From assembly GCA_035193785.1 (NCBI GenBank), contig CP136572.1:2228578-2292577 (forward strand): DNA of 64,000 nt, in the 5' to 3' direction. The notes under the pieces were generated by a model. The model was given only the letters and a program-made list of their open reading frames with translations, searched no databases and was not told the origin of the DNA. The translations under genes were made by a program, and so were the position numbers. Within the stretch, counting starts at the first letter, position 1; each line of letters begins with the position of its first letter. Positions 1 through 12,435 of the stretch are shown piece after piece. Source of the DNA: Planktothrix sp. GU0601_MAG3 (lineage in GTDB: Bacteria > Cyanobacteriota > Cyanobacteriia > Cyanobacteriales > Microcoleaceae).

Positions 1-2473
1 GGACTAAATCTGTTCCTCCAGAAGCTAATTCTTTGACGATATCCCCAGCATTATCAACAACATAAGTATCGTTTCCTGTACCCCCTGTGAGTTGGTCGGC
101 TCCGGTACTGCCATTCAGGGTATTATTAGCAGTATTGCCTTTAATAATATTAACTAAAGCATTACCTGTCCCATTAATAGCGGTAGTTCCTGTTAAGGTC
201 AGGTTCTCCACGTTAGCGGGTAAAGTATAGGTGACAGAAGATTGGATTAAGTCCGTTCCTTGAGATGCTAATTCTGTGACGATATCCCCAGTATTATCAA
301 CAATGTATGTATCGTTTCCTGTACTACCTTTGAGTTGGTCGGCTCCGTTTCCTCCATTTAAAATATCGTTGCCAGCCAAGGCATTAATGATATCATTTCC
401 TGCATATCCATAGAGATTATCTTTGCCAGGAGTTCCAGTGAGAATATCATTTCCAGATGTGCCATCAAAATTTGTTGAACGCCATAATTCATCGCCATGA
501 ATTCCATCAGTAGCGGTAAAATAAAGAACACCATTGGCATTAATCAGATCGTTGGGTGAGGAACTCCATGAGCCCAGATAAATATCTTTGACTAAAGTTG
601 TTCCTGCGGTTGTGCCATTACTCTTCCATAACTCATAACCTTTAATATCATCATTGGCTGTAAAATAAAGAATGCCATTCACATCAGTAAAATCACTCGG
701 ATAGGAACTCCATGATCCCGGTCGAATATCTTTAAGTAAAGTTGTTCCTGCGGTTGTGCCATTACTCTTCCATAACTCTTTACCATGAGTTGAGTCACTC
801 ATCGTAAAATAAAGAATATTGTTGGCAACACTAAAGTCATCAAAGCTGGAATTATTACCAAAGTCTTTAACCAGTGTTGTTCCAGTTTCTGTTCCGTTAC
901 TTTTCCACAATTGATATTGATATCCCGTTGAGGAATTATAGGTAGATACTGTGAAATAAATGTTATTTCCAGCTACAATATAATCATTGGGATTATTCCC
1001 CAAGAAGTTTTTAACCAGTGTTGTACCAGAGGGCGTTCCGTTACTTTTCCACAGTTTATTAGTATAGATTCCTAGATTAGAATCGTAGGCTCGAGTCTCA
1101 AAGTAGAGTAGATTGCCTACTGGTGTAAAGTCGGAATAACTTGGGGATGAATTTCCAGGAACTATATCTTTAAGTAACTTTGTTCCTGCTGTTGTACCAT
1201 CCGTTTTCCACAATTCATCACCATAAATTCCGTCATTGGCTGTAAAAAATAGAGTGCCATTAACATTAATCAGAGTGTCTATAGAGGAGCTCCATGACCC
1301 CGCTCTAATATCTTTAACTAAAGTTGTTCCCGCCGTTGTGCCATTCGTTTTCCATAACTCATCACCTGTAATACCATTATCTGCGATGAAATAAAGAGTG
1401 CCATTCACATCGGTAAGGTCGCTGGGATAGGAAGTTCCTGACCCTGTTTTAATATCTTTGACTAAAGTTGTTCCTGCGGTTGTGCCATCACTTTTCCATA
1501 ATTCTTTGCCGTAAGTTGAGTCAGTTAAAGTAAAATAAAGGGTGTTGTTGGCAGCAGTAAAATCGTAATAATTATTATTATTGCCAAAATCTTTAACCAT
1601 TTTTGTTCCGGTTTCTGTTCCGTTACTTTTCCACAATTGATACTGATATCCCGTTGAGGAATTATAGTTAGAGACTGTGAAATAAACCGCATTGCCAACA
1701 GGAATATAATTGGTTGGGTTATCACCTAAAAAGTTTTTAACCAGTTTAGTTTCACTCGGTGCACCATTGCTTGTCCATAATTGATTTGTATAGATCCCCA
1801 GGTTAGAATCATAAGTTCTAGCTTCAAAGTAAAGAGTGTTGTTTGCCTTCGTAAACTCGCTATAATTGGGATATGAACTTCCGGGGACAATATCTTTTAG
1901 GAGTTCTGCACCCAATACAGAGGGATAAGTAGAGATTACTTCCGGTTCAAATGCTAAGGAAATATTGAGATCTCCTGTGGTAATTTCTAAATCCCAATCT
2001 CCTCCTAATTGAGAATTTCCTGTGACATCATCTGAAGCGGCAATGATAGATTGGGTTAGGTGACTTAATTGTTGAATAAAAACTTGATCTTTTCCGATTT
2101 CACACCCATATAATAACAAATAAGGAGATGACCAGGTTTGCAATTGTGGAGTATAATATTCTAAGGTTTCTAAATTCAACATACTGTTTCCTAAGAATAG
2201 GCAACCCGGCATTCCATGAGAAACAATATGAATCGCTTGCAGATGGGAGTGAGATTTTAAAATCGAGGTAATTTGGGCAATTCCGTCTTCTTGAGGATGT
2301 AAGATATAAACGGCTGCATTGGGTTTAGTTCCGGCAATTAATTGTTCGATGTCAGAAATATTAGAGTCAATAAAGATGATCTCTTGAGTTTCATTCAAGA
2401 TAGATAAATCTGGGTTTACTTTTGATTGCAAGTGATGAAATTTGCTTTGGGGGAGATGTGTAACTGAATACAT
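1..2473 (-). CDS. Secreted DUF4347 + ELWxxDGT-repeat + RTX/hemolysin-type Ca-binding protein (3' end runs off the window)
   Basis: Manual translation from ATG 2473 gives [28 protein letters not shown] (DUF4347), several ELWKS/TDGT-type repeats and GGNGAD/GSTGND RTX nonapeptides. No stop inside the window, which explains its absence from the ORF track. Confidence 0.85.
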   Translation of the reverse strand, partial: MYSVTHLPQSKFHHLQSKVNPDLSILNETQEIIFIDSNISDIEQLIAGTKPNAAVYILHPQEDGIAQITSILKSHSHLQAIHIVSHGMPGCLFLGNSMLNLETLEYYTPQLQTWSSPYLLLYGCEIGKDQVFIQQLSHLTQSIIAASDDVTGNSQLGGDWDLEITTGDLNISLAFEPEVISTYPSVLGAELLKDIVPGSSYPNYSEFTKANNTLYFEARTYDSNLGIYTNQLWTSNGAPSETKLVKNFLGDNPTNYIPVGNAVYFTVSNYNSSTGYQYQLWKSNGTETGTKMVKDFGNNNNYYDFTAANNTLYFTLTDSTYGKELWKSDGTTAGTTLVKDIKTGSGTSYPSDLTDVNGTLYFIADNGITGDELWKTNGTTAGTTLVKDIRAGSWSSSIDTLINVNGTLFFTANDGIYGDELWKTDGTTAGTKLLKDIVPGNSSPSYSDFTPVGNLLYFETRAYDSNLGIYTNKLWKSNGTPSGTTLVKNFLGNNPNDYIVAGNNIYFTVSTYNSSTGYQYQLWKSNGTETGTTLVKDFGNNSSFDDFSVANNILYFTMSDSTHGKELWKSNGTTAGTTLLKDIRPGSWSSYPSDFTDVNGILYFTANDDIKGYELWKSNGTTAGTTLVKDIYLGSWSSSPNDLINANGVLYFTATDGIHGDELWRSTNFDGTSGNDILTGTPGKDNLYGYAGNDIINALAGNDILNGGNGADQLKGSTGNDTYIVDNTGDIVTELASQGTDLIQSSVTYTLPANVENLTLTGTTAINGTGNALVNIIKGNTANNTLNGSTGADQLTGGTGNDTYVVDNAGDIVKELASGGTDLV

Positions 2474-2660
2474 GAGATTGATATGATAGAAGTTATCAAT
2501 GCGGTAAGATCCAGTTGAGAAGCAGTGAAGCTCGGTTTCTCGGCTGTATGATTCCTACAACTGAAATGCCGCGATCGCATTATAGCTCAAGAACAGAATG
2601 GTAGTGTATATTGCTCTCCACAATTTTGACTATTCTGTTTTTTTATTTGACTCTCCCTAA

Positions 2661-2695
2661 ACTGATGCAAGAAGATTTATTCTTCTTGCATCAGT
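2661..2695. terminator. Perfect 14 bp hairpin downstream of the S8 protease gene
   Basis: ACTGATGCAAGAAG-N7-CTTCTTGCATCAGT. Confidence 0.55.
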
Positions 2696-2783
2696 AAATT
2701 ATTACCCCTACAGTCTCCAGTAATATTGTTGTTTTGCTTGACAACTATTCAAATTAGAGTCAAACACAACAACACAGTTAAAT

Positions 2784-5581
2784 TTAGGCTTGAATTAAAA
2801 ATTGACTAGCGGTTAATGCAGGTTTAGTGGTTAAGGTTAAGAATTGAGCACCTGTTCCCAAACCTGTGGCTGTGCCGTTTTGGTTGTAGAATAATCCTCC
2901 GGTTGTGCTGTTATAGACAATATCTGCCGCACTGGTAGCTGCTAAAGCATCGGTGGTAACTTGGGCAAATTCACTGGCGACAGAAAATCCAGTTTCCCGC
3001 AGCACTGCTAATACTGGTAAAGGTGGTTTTATCTAAGACAATTTGATCAGTTTCTGAGATATTAAAATCTGTAATTGTATCCACACCCACCGCAGAAGTC
3101 GTAAATACGGCATTGGTATTGTAGATAAATTTATCCGCACCGAGTCCCCCGGTCAGAGCGTCATTAGCCGCACCGCCACGGAGAGAGTCATTGCCATCAC
3201 CCCCATTAAGAGTATTATTAGCAGTGTTACCCGTAATAATATTAGCCAGAGTATTCCCTGTACCGTTAATGGCTGTAGTTCCGGTTAAGGTCAGGTTTTC
3301 CACATTAGCAGGTAAAGTATAACTAATCGCTGATTGAACTAAGTCGGTTCCTTGGTTGGCTAATTCTGTAACGATATCCCCAGTACCGACAATATAAATA
3401 TCATTACCCGTATTGCCTTTGAGTATATCGTTACCTGCTCCTCCATCGAGGGTATCAATTCCAGCACCGCCATTTAAACTATCATTACCACCAAGACCGG
3501 AAAGTTTGTCATTTCCCCCTAAACCATTAATGATTTCTGGGTTAGCTGTTCCTGTTAGAATATCGTTATTGGGAGTACCATTAATTGGGGGAAATTCTTG
3601 AGTTTTGAAGTTCCAGGTACTATTTCCAGTAATACCCAGATAATTGTTACCTGCAATATCTTTAATTGCACCATTAGCAATTTCAATGTAGTAATCTATA
3701 CCCGTTACTAAATTTGCTGTTGGGTTAATGGTGAGTTGATTGCCATTGAGTATGACATTACTGGCAGTTACGGCGATGGTTTCTACCACCGAGTCATCAG
3801 AGAGTTGCTTGATAACAATATTGCCAGTACCTTTTTGGATGGCTTCGCTGAAGTTGACGACTAGATCAGCAGCAACCGCAACCCCTGTGGCATTATCGGC
3901 TGGAGTGAAACTGCTGGCGGTCGGTGGGGTTGTATCAGGTGCAGCAATATTCAGTTGAATCGAACCTGTAGCAGCCTGAAAACCATCAACAGCTATTTGA
4001 TAGGTTTTCCCAGCCGTGGCATTCAGGCTGATCAGGCTAGTGTAACTACCCCCTCCATCATCATTGGAGTCAATCAGACTCAGGTTATTAACCGCCGACC
4101 CCGTGAACACGGACAAGTAAGTATCGAAATTACTGTTTTTAGTATCAATGGTAAAGGTTCCGCTACTGGGTGCTGTCCAAGACCACCACACCGAGTTAAT
4201 GGTTTCACTTTGCAAGGGTTCGCCTGTTTCTCCGGTGGCTCCCACATTGGAGCCCGTTGTACTCACAGGTAAGTTATATAGCAGAATCCGATTGACAAAG
4301 TGATCATTTGATGGTGCGGGGGTAGATCCCACCAGAGCATTGTTAATATTCAACCGACCTCCTGAAACCGTCTTACCACTCAAAGCGGAAATCGGGTCAG
4401 TTGTTTGCAGCAGCTTGTTTTTAACTTGCTGTGCCGTCCAAGTGGGATTTTGAGACCACAGCAAGGCTGCCGCCCCAGTGACATGGGGAGATGCCATTGA
4501 TGTCCCAGAGATGGTATTGTAGGTTGAGTTAGGCCAGGTGCTATAAATACTCGAACCGGGTGCTCCTAAATCTACAGTGGTGGCTCCATAGTTGGAGAAA
4601 GAGGACAAGCCATCGGTGCGGGTGGTTGAGGCAACAGAGATAATATTAGATAGGTTGTAACTGGCCGGGTAAGAAGGCGTTGTGTCTGTGTTCAATGAAC
4701 TATTACCCGCCGCCGCAATGAATAAAGCTCCCTGTTGTCCGGCAGTATTGATAGCATCGGATAGGGCTTGACTGTAGCCTCCGCCTCCCCAAGAATTATT
4801 TGTAAGTTTGACTCCCTTCGTCGTTGCATAGTTAATCGCGAGGATGGCCTTAGATGTATAGCCCGAACCACCATCACTTAAAAACTTCAGGGGCATAATC
4901 TTGGCATCCCAGGCAACTCCTGTCACTCCCAGGCCGTTATTGCCTTTTCCGGCAATGGTTCCCGAAACATGGGTTTCCGTGTCCATTCCCATCCATCGGG
5001 TTATTGTCGTTATTCGCGAAATCCCAGCCGCGAGTGTCATCGATATATCCGTTATTGTCATTATCGATGCCATCGCCAGGGATTTCCCCAGGATTTGCCC
5101 AAATATTCCCCACTAAGTCGGGGTGGTTGTAATCAACCCCCGTATCAATCACGCCGATTACTAAGTTTTGATTGCCCTTTTGAATATCCCACGCTTCCGG
5201 GGCATCAATATCGGCATCGGGTGTTCCCCCACTTTGACCTGTGTTGTTGAGTCCCCATAATTGGGAATAGCCTGGATCATTGGGAGTTGTGGCTTGAGGT
5301 GTAATTGTTGCTAATTTTTCTTCAGTAGGACTCGGTTCTTGGATATCTTCAAGGGTGATAATATAATCCGGCTCTATGTATTCAATGCGGGGATCGTCTT
5401 TATAAGCGGATATTGTTTGTTCAACTGTTCCTGAAGGGATCTGCCAAATGTCAATTCCAAGTTGGGACGCTTGGGTGACTTTTATGACTCCGATGTCTGC
5501 CTGCAAGTTGGTAATTTCACTGGAATTCGTGGTGGGATTCAGTTTGATAATCACGCGGTCTGAACTAAAATTCGTACCCAT
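2784..5581 (-). CDS. Subtilisin-like S8 serine protease with Ig-like (SbsA/Big_5) domain and RTX tail; two apparent frameshifts (~4975, ~2994)
   Basis: Catalytic motifs VIDTG, HGTHV (restored by removing one base at 4973-4977) and GTSMASP; DTTPPT..PADNAT Ig-like domain; GGxGxD repeats. Confidence 0.9.
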
Positions 5582-6022
5582 GATAGTTCAACTCCTGTAC
5601 TGGATTGAGTGTTGATGTCTGGTGAGTGAGGCATATTTAAGCCTTCCATCTCAATAGAACTCAATAGAAAATATTTTATCACGGAGATCAACTTATGTTT
5701 AATATTTTTTTAAGTATTTTTTAAATATCAAGAATGAAAGTGAGCTTTTGTTTATGAAAAATGTTTAAACCCTTTTCCGGCAAGGATTAAGAGCTTTTTA
5801 ACTTTATTTAGTTAAAGGTGATTTTTAATTAATATCAAGTCAGAAAAATCCGTAAAAATACTTAAATTCTGAAAATAAATTAATGCAAAAATCTGGGATG
5901 GAAAGTGGGAATATAGTTCAAAGCCTGGTTTTGTGGGGGTTTGAGATGGGTCTTAATATATGTTCAAAATGAGAAACCCGGTTTCTGGTAGAAACCGGGT
6001 TTCTCCGCCTCTCAATTTAGAA

Positions 6023-8453
6023 TTAGGCTTGAATTAGAAATTGAGTTGCTGTTAAGACAGGTTTAGTGGTTAAGGTTAAGAATTTAGCACCTGTTCCCAA
6101 ACCTGCGGCTGTGCCGTTTTGGTTGTAGAATAATCCTCCGGTTGTGCTGTTATAGACAATATCTGCCGCACTGGTGGCGGCTAAAGCATCGGTGGTAACT
6201 TGGGCAAATTCACTGGCGACAGAAAATCCAGTTCCCGCAGCACTGCTAATACTGGTAAAGGTGGTTTTATCTAAGACAATTTGATCAGTTTCTGAGATAT
6301 TAAAATCTGTAATTGTATCCACACCCACCGCAGAAGTCGTAAATACGGCATTGGTATTGTAGATAAATTTATCCGCACCGAGTCCCCCGGTCAGAGCGTC
6401 ATTAGCCGCACCGCCACGGAGAGAGTCATTGCCATCACCCCCATTAAGAGTATTATTAGCAGTGTTACCCGTAATAATATTAGCCAGAGTATTCCCTGTA
6501 CCGTTAATGGCTGTAGTTCCGGTTAAGGTCAGGTTTTCCACATTAGCAGGTAAAGTATAACTAATCGCTGATTGAACTAAGTCGGTTCCTTGGTTGGCTA
6601 ATTCTGTAACGATATCCCCAGTACCGACAATATAAATATCATTACCCGTATTGCCTTTGAGTATATCGTTACCTGCTCCTCCATCGAGGGTATCAATTCC
6701 AGCACCGCCATTTAAACTATCATTACCACCATCACCCAAAAGTTGATCATTTCCCCCTAAACCATTAATAGTTTCTGGGTTGGCTGTTCCGGTGAGAATA
6801 TCATTATTAGCCGTACCATTAATCGGAGGAAATCCCTGAGTTTTGAAGTTCCAGGTACTATTTCCGGTAATACCCGCATAATTGTTACCTGCAATATCTT
6901 TAATCGCACCATTAGCGATGCCAACGTAGTAATCTGTACCCTGTAATAAATTTGCTGTTGGGTTAATGGTGAGTTGAGAGCCACTCACGGTGACATTAGC
7001 AGCAGTTACGGCAATGGTTTCGACTACCGAGTTATCAGATAGTTTCTGAATAACAAGATTGCCACTCCCTTTTTGAATCGCTTCGCTGAAATTGGCAACT
7101 AAGTTAGCACCAACTGCAACTTCTGTGGCATTATCGGCCGGGGTGAAACTGTTGGCGGTCGGTGGGGTTGTATCGCCAGATGGGACTGTGCCACTAATAC
7201 TATATTGACCGACTCGTCCGTACTGACCATTACTTTTAACAGAGACAAAATAAGTCCCTGCACTGACTGAGGCATTCAGGTTAGCGAACAGGTTGCTACT
7301 AGAATTGCTCGAAGCAATGACAGTCCCACTACTATCAAGCAGTTGGGCTAGAATATCAAGATTCGGCCCGTATTGGGCAGGATTAATCGTAAAATTAACT
7401 GACCCTGCACCCGTTTGAAATGAAAATACATCAACGTCTGAGGTTCGGGTAATAATACCAGAACGTGTTAATGTTGTTGTTCCTGACAAGGGAGTGGCTG
7501 AAGCGATTGTGTTTCCATAATCGTCACTTCGATAACCGCCAAAACCATTATTAGTTGCCGAGATGACACTCATATCATCTTGGTAAGTCGTCGATCCTAA
7601 ACTACTGGTTCCATTGTGCCAAGTTGTTAGATTTTGGTAATAGCTCAGACCCATTATCGGAGCCCAACCGGTTTCTCCACTCCCAGAAACCTGGACTGTA
7701 CTCTTCCGTCTTATTACCATTGGCATCATAGGTACTCTGATGCTCCAATCCCAAACTATGACCGACTTCGTGAGAAATGGCTTCTGCTGTAGCTTTAGGA
7801 TCACCATTCGCCAGGTTTTCTTCAAATACAAAAACAGGTGTATCGTTGTTCCATTGCCATGAAGTCAACCAAGCAACCCCTCCGGCGGGTGAATCATACC
7901 AAAGATCCCAACTCCCTCCAATCACAGTCCGAGTGTTATAGGCTGAGTTTAAGTTTCCCGGCTCAATAGTGGTTACATCAATATTAAAGGGTGCATAGTC
8001 TTCAGCAACTCGCTTCCAGATTTGTTCTATATTGGCTACTTCTGTTGCAGAAAAGGTTGTGGTATCTGCGTCAATGCTGTAAGCAGGTGTGACAATATTT
8101 GCGCCCCCAGTGAAATCAGTATTCCAATCTGTTCCCGAAGTTGTGTGACCATTAAAATCTAGGAAGATTTTTGATGTGGCATTGGGGTTACTACTGAGGA
8201 GTGGAAGCGATGCTAGTGGAACCGTTGCACCCACCACAGGGGCTGGTGCTAGGGGATATTTGTTAATCAATAGGCTGCGACAACCTTCACAAATACAGCC
8301 TCCTAGGTGATTTTTTAAGGTTAATTTATTCTCCAGGCTGTTTCCTGGGGTGCTAACATTGTCGGTTTCTATTAACGAGTTGCTGGTTTCACTTCCTGTA
8401 TCAGTGGGTTTCGGTTGGACAGTTACACCCTCTGAACTAAAATTCGTACCCAT
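6023..8453 (-). CDS. Metzincin Zn metalloprotease with PPC-like and Ig-like domains and RTX tail; apparent frameshift ~7688
   Basis: HEVGHSLGLEH zinc motif, APIMG Met-turn, KIFLDFNGH; C-terminus nearly identical to the S8 protein. Confidence 0.88.
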
Positions 8454-9036
8454 GATGATCCAACTCCTATACTAATTATGAACTGGTGGAAATAGACTCG
8501 GGCAGAAATACTATTTACTCTCACTTTTGGTTTGTTCCGTTGGTGCAGTAAAAGTATTTATCTGTTGTGCAATCCTTGATTGAATGTTGATGTCTTGTGA
8601 ATTGGGCTTAGTCAAGCCTTCTATCTCAATAAAAAGTATTATATCACTAAAATTAACTCATGCTAATATTTTTTAAGTATCATAAACGAAAGTGAGTTTT
8701 TATTAATAAAAAATGTTAAAACCCAATTCTGGCAAGGATTAAGAGCTATTTTTAACGTTATTCGGTTAAAGGTAATTTTTAATTGTAGTCAACTGATCAA
8801 ATCCCATGAAATTACTGAATTTTAAGAAAAAATTAATACAAAAATATGAAATACAAAGCGGTTGCTATAGGTCAAAATCGCCGTTTTATGGGGTTTTGCA
8901 GGGATCTTAATATATGTTCAAAATGAGAAGCTGGGTTTCTAGGAACTTAGTCTGGGTATACAGAAACCGGGTTTCTGGAGAGATATTGATGGGATAGAAT
9001 CAATCTCAGGGAGAAACCCGGTTTCTAATATTGTGA

Positions 9037-11448
9037 TTAAAACGGCCATTTCCAGTTAACAATTTCATCTTTGTCAATGCCGTGTTTCATGGGCATAATT
9101 GACATTTTCGATGATTGCATTTTTCATTCTTTCTCGGACATAGGCCGCCGCCGAACCCAATTTGGGAACCCGGTCAATCACGTCTATAACCAGATTAAAA
9201 CGGTCAACTTGGTTATTAATAGCTAACTCCAAGGGAGTATTAATATTCCCCTTCTCTTTGTAGCCTCTAACGTGCAGATTCGCGTGATTTTTCCGACGAT
9301 AGGCTAACTTGTGAATTAACCAAGGATAGCCATGAAAATTAAAGATAATCGGTTTATCTGTGGTAAACAAACTATCAAAATCTCGGTCTGATAACCCGTG
9401 GGGATGTTCCGTATCCGGTTGTAACTTAAATAAATCTACAACGTTGACAAACCGAACTTTCAAATCGGGAATTTCTTCGCGTAAAATAGCCGTTGCAGCT
9501 AACGATTCCATCGTTGCTACATCCCCACAACCCGCCATAATTACATCAGGAATATCAGGATCTTTTCCACAATCATCACTGCTGGCCCATTCCCAAATTC
9601 CAATCCCTTTGGTACAATGTTTAATCGCCTCATCCATCGTCAAAAATTGCAGATGTTTCTGTTTATCCGCAACAATAACGTTGATATAATTGGTACTCTT
9701 TAAACAATGATCGGCAACCGATAATAAACAGTTAGCATCGGGGGGTAAATAAATCCGGGTGACACTGGCACTTTTATTTGTTACCACATCTAAAAAACCC
9801 GGGTCTTGATGACTAAACCCGTTATGATCTTGACGCCAAACCGTTGAAGATAATAATAGATTCAAAGAAGAAATTGGCGATCGCCAAGACACTTCATTTC
9901 GGCAAATATCCAACCATTTCGCGTGTTGGTTGAACATAGAATCAATGACGTGAGCAAAGGCTTCATAGGTATGGAAAAATCCATGGCGTCCGGTGAGTAA
10001 ATACCCTTCTAACCAGCCTTCTAAGGTATGCTCACTCAGAATTTCCATCACCCGGCCATCGGTTGCCAGTTCACTTCCATCTAAATCCTCTGGCAAAAAG
10101 TCCCCTAACCAAGTTTTTTTACTAACCTCATAAATCGCATTTAAACGATTAGAGGCTGTTTCATCGGGGCCAAATACCCGGAAATTTTGCAGATTATTCC
10201 GCATCACATCCCGCAGGAAATTCCCTAGGGGTTTGGTATTTTCCACCCCCGACTTACCCGGATATTCCACTGGCACACCATAGCTACGAAAATCTGGCAA
10301 CCGCAGGTCTTTGCGCAGCACACCCCCGTTAGCATGGGGACTGGAACTCATCCGCTTTGTGCCTTGGGGGGCTAAAGCCTTCAGTTCGGGAATTAAACGG
10401 CCATTTTCGTCAAACAGTTCTTCGGGTTGATAACTGCGCATCCAATCTTCCAACACCTGGAGATGGGGAGGGTTGGTGGTGACATCGGCCATCGGGACTT
10501 GGTGCGCCCGCCAGAAACCCTTCAACTTTATGACCATCGACCTCCGCCGGGCCAGTCCAGCCCTTGGGACTGCGCAAGACAATCATCGGCCACAGGGGAC
10601 GTTTCGCCACTCCCGTTGACCGAGCTTCGGCTTGAATCGCTTTAATTTCAGTGATGGCCGTTTCCAGGATAGCTGCCATTTTTTGGTGCATCAAGGCCGG
10701 GTCTGACCCCTCGACAAAATAGGGTTTATAGCCATAGCCTTTAAACAGGGCTTCCAATTCCTCATGGCTAATCCGCGATAAAATCGTGGGGTTGGCGATT
10801 TTGTAGCCATTCAAATGCAGAACGGGCAATACGGCCCCATCTCGAATCGGGTTGAGAAATTTGTTAGAATGCCAAGCGGTGGCTAGGGCTCCGGTTTCTG
10901 CTTCTCCGTCTCCTACTACGCAAACAGAGATTAAATCGGGGTTATCAAATACAGAACCGTAGGCGTGGGACAAACTATAGCCTAACTCCCCCCCTTCATG
11001 GATGGAAACCGGGGGTTTCCGGGGTGCAGTGGCTACCAATTCCACCGGGAAAAGAGAACTGTTTAAAGAATTTTTGCAGCCCCTCGGCGTCTTCGCTAAT
11101 ATTGGGGTAAATTTCTGAATAGGTTCCTTCTAGGTAAACTGGGGCTAAGACCCCGGGGGCTCCGTGACCTGGGCCAGCTAGATAAATCATATCCAGGTCG
11201 TATTTTTTAATCAGTCGGTTGAGGTGAATGTAGATGAAGCTCAACCCGGGACTCGAACCCCAATGTCCTAATAACCGATGTTTAACGTCGGAAGGTTTTA
11301 GGGTTTCTTTTAATAGGGGATTTTCCCGCAGATAAATCATCCCCACGGCTAGATAATTACAAGCTCGCCAGTAAGCGTTAATCTTACCCAGTTCGTCTTC
11401 ACTTAGGGGGTTACTTGTCTCAACGAGTTTATCCGGTGCAGATACCAT
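9037..11448 (-). CDS. xfp: Xylulose-5-P/fructose-6-P phosphoketolase; apparent frameshifts ~11007, ~10516, ~9086
   Basis: [30 protein letters not shown] (TPP binding), [21 protein letters not shown]. Confidence 0.95.
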
Positions 11449-11629
11449 AAGTCCTGACTGTTATAAATGGTTTTCGTTTTCCAAAAATTGAGACTATAAG
11501 ATATCCTTAAACGGCGATTTGCGGTTTGATTGATATCATTAGGTCAAAATTGCTTTAAATGATAGCACGGGTTTTTGAGTTTATAGAGATTCTATTTTTA
11601 TTCTTCCTATTTTTTTAAGATTTGATCGC

Positions 11630-11664
11630 AGCTTAAATGTTAACAAAAGATTAACATTTAAGCT
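11630..11664. promoter_or_regulatory. Perfect 14 bp inverted repeat in the divergent xfp / phosphatase-ackA promoter region (candidate operator)
   Basis: AGCTTAAATGTTAA-N7-TTAACATTTAAGCT. Confidence 0.45.
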
Positions 11665-11723
11665 CGAAAGGCTAGGAATTCTTTGATCATCTGATATATT
11701 GAGCCAGTGATCCTATTAAAATT

Positions 11724-12362
11724 ATGACTATTACATTGTATTTTTTACGCCATGGGGAAACCTCCTATAGTCAACAGGGCGGTTATTGTGGAAATTTAGA
11801 TCCAGAATTAACCGAAAATGGCTTAAAAATGGCGGAGCAATTTGCCCAGTCCTATCAGAATTTACCTTGGACGGCAGCCTTTGTCAGTCCGATGAAACGA
11901 ACTATTTTGACGGCAAAACCTTTATGTGATCTAGTGGGTTTAGAAATGCAATTTCGGGAGGGTTTAAAAGAAATTGCCTATGGAGAATGGGAAGGAAAAC
12001 TTCCCGCAACTGTTAATGAAAATTACCATGATGATTATGTTAGATGGCTAACTGATCCGGGTTGGAATGCACCGACCGGAGGAGAAAAAGGAATTGATAT
12101 TGCTCGCCGTTCTTCCCAGGTTATTCCAGAAATTGAAGAACGTTATCCATCGGGTAATATTCTAATTGTATCCCATAAAGCTACTATTAGAATTATGTTG
12201 TGTGAATTATTGGGAATTGATATTGGTAGATTCCGCGATCGCATTGCTATGCCGACGGGAGCAGTTAGTAGAGTAGAATTATCCGCTCGCGGGCCGTTAT
12301 TACACACTTTAGCAGATCGTTGTCATTTAGATAAAACTTTACGGTCTTCTATTGGGACTTAA
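11724..12362 (+). CDS. Histidine phosphatase (phosphoglycerate mutase family)
   Basis: LRHGET motif, SPMKR, EIAYGEWEG, VSH. Confidence 0.9.
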   Translation: MTITLYFLRHGETSYSQQGGYCGNLDPELTENGLKMAEQFAQSYQNLPWTAAFVSPMKRTILTAKPLCDLVGLEMQFREGLKEIAYGEWEGKLPATVNENYHDDYVRWLTDPGWNAPTGGEKGIDIARRSSQVIPEIEERYPSGNILIVSHKATIRIMLCELLGIDIGRFRDRIAMPTGAVSRVELSARGPLLHTLADRCHLDKTLRSSIGT

Positions 12363-12435
12363 AATAGGGATTTAAAGAATTAATTAAATGACACAGCAGC
12401 TTAAATTCTAATCACAATCTCACTTGATTTATCCT

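Noticed and set aside
2571..2578. GCGATCGC octamers throughout the window
   Set aside because: This is HIP1, a well-known cyanobacterial feature; used only as a taxonomic clue.
3413..5250. Plus-strand ORFs opposite the S8 gene, and similar antisense ORFs elsewhere
   Set aside because: Shadow ORFs of well-supported genes with no recognisable motifs.
5972..6005. AGAAACCCGGTTTCT palindromes as further GAAAC errors
   Set aside because: This is a genuine multicopy palindrome, symmetric and consistent across many copies (e.g. 8962, 9012, 21685, 56858).
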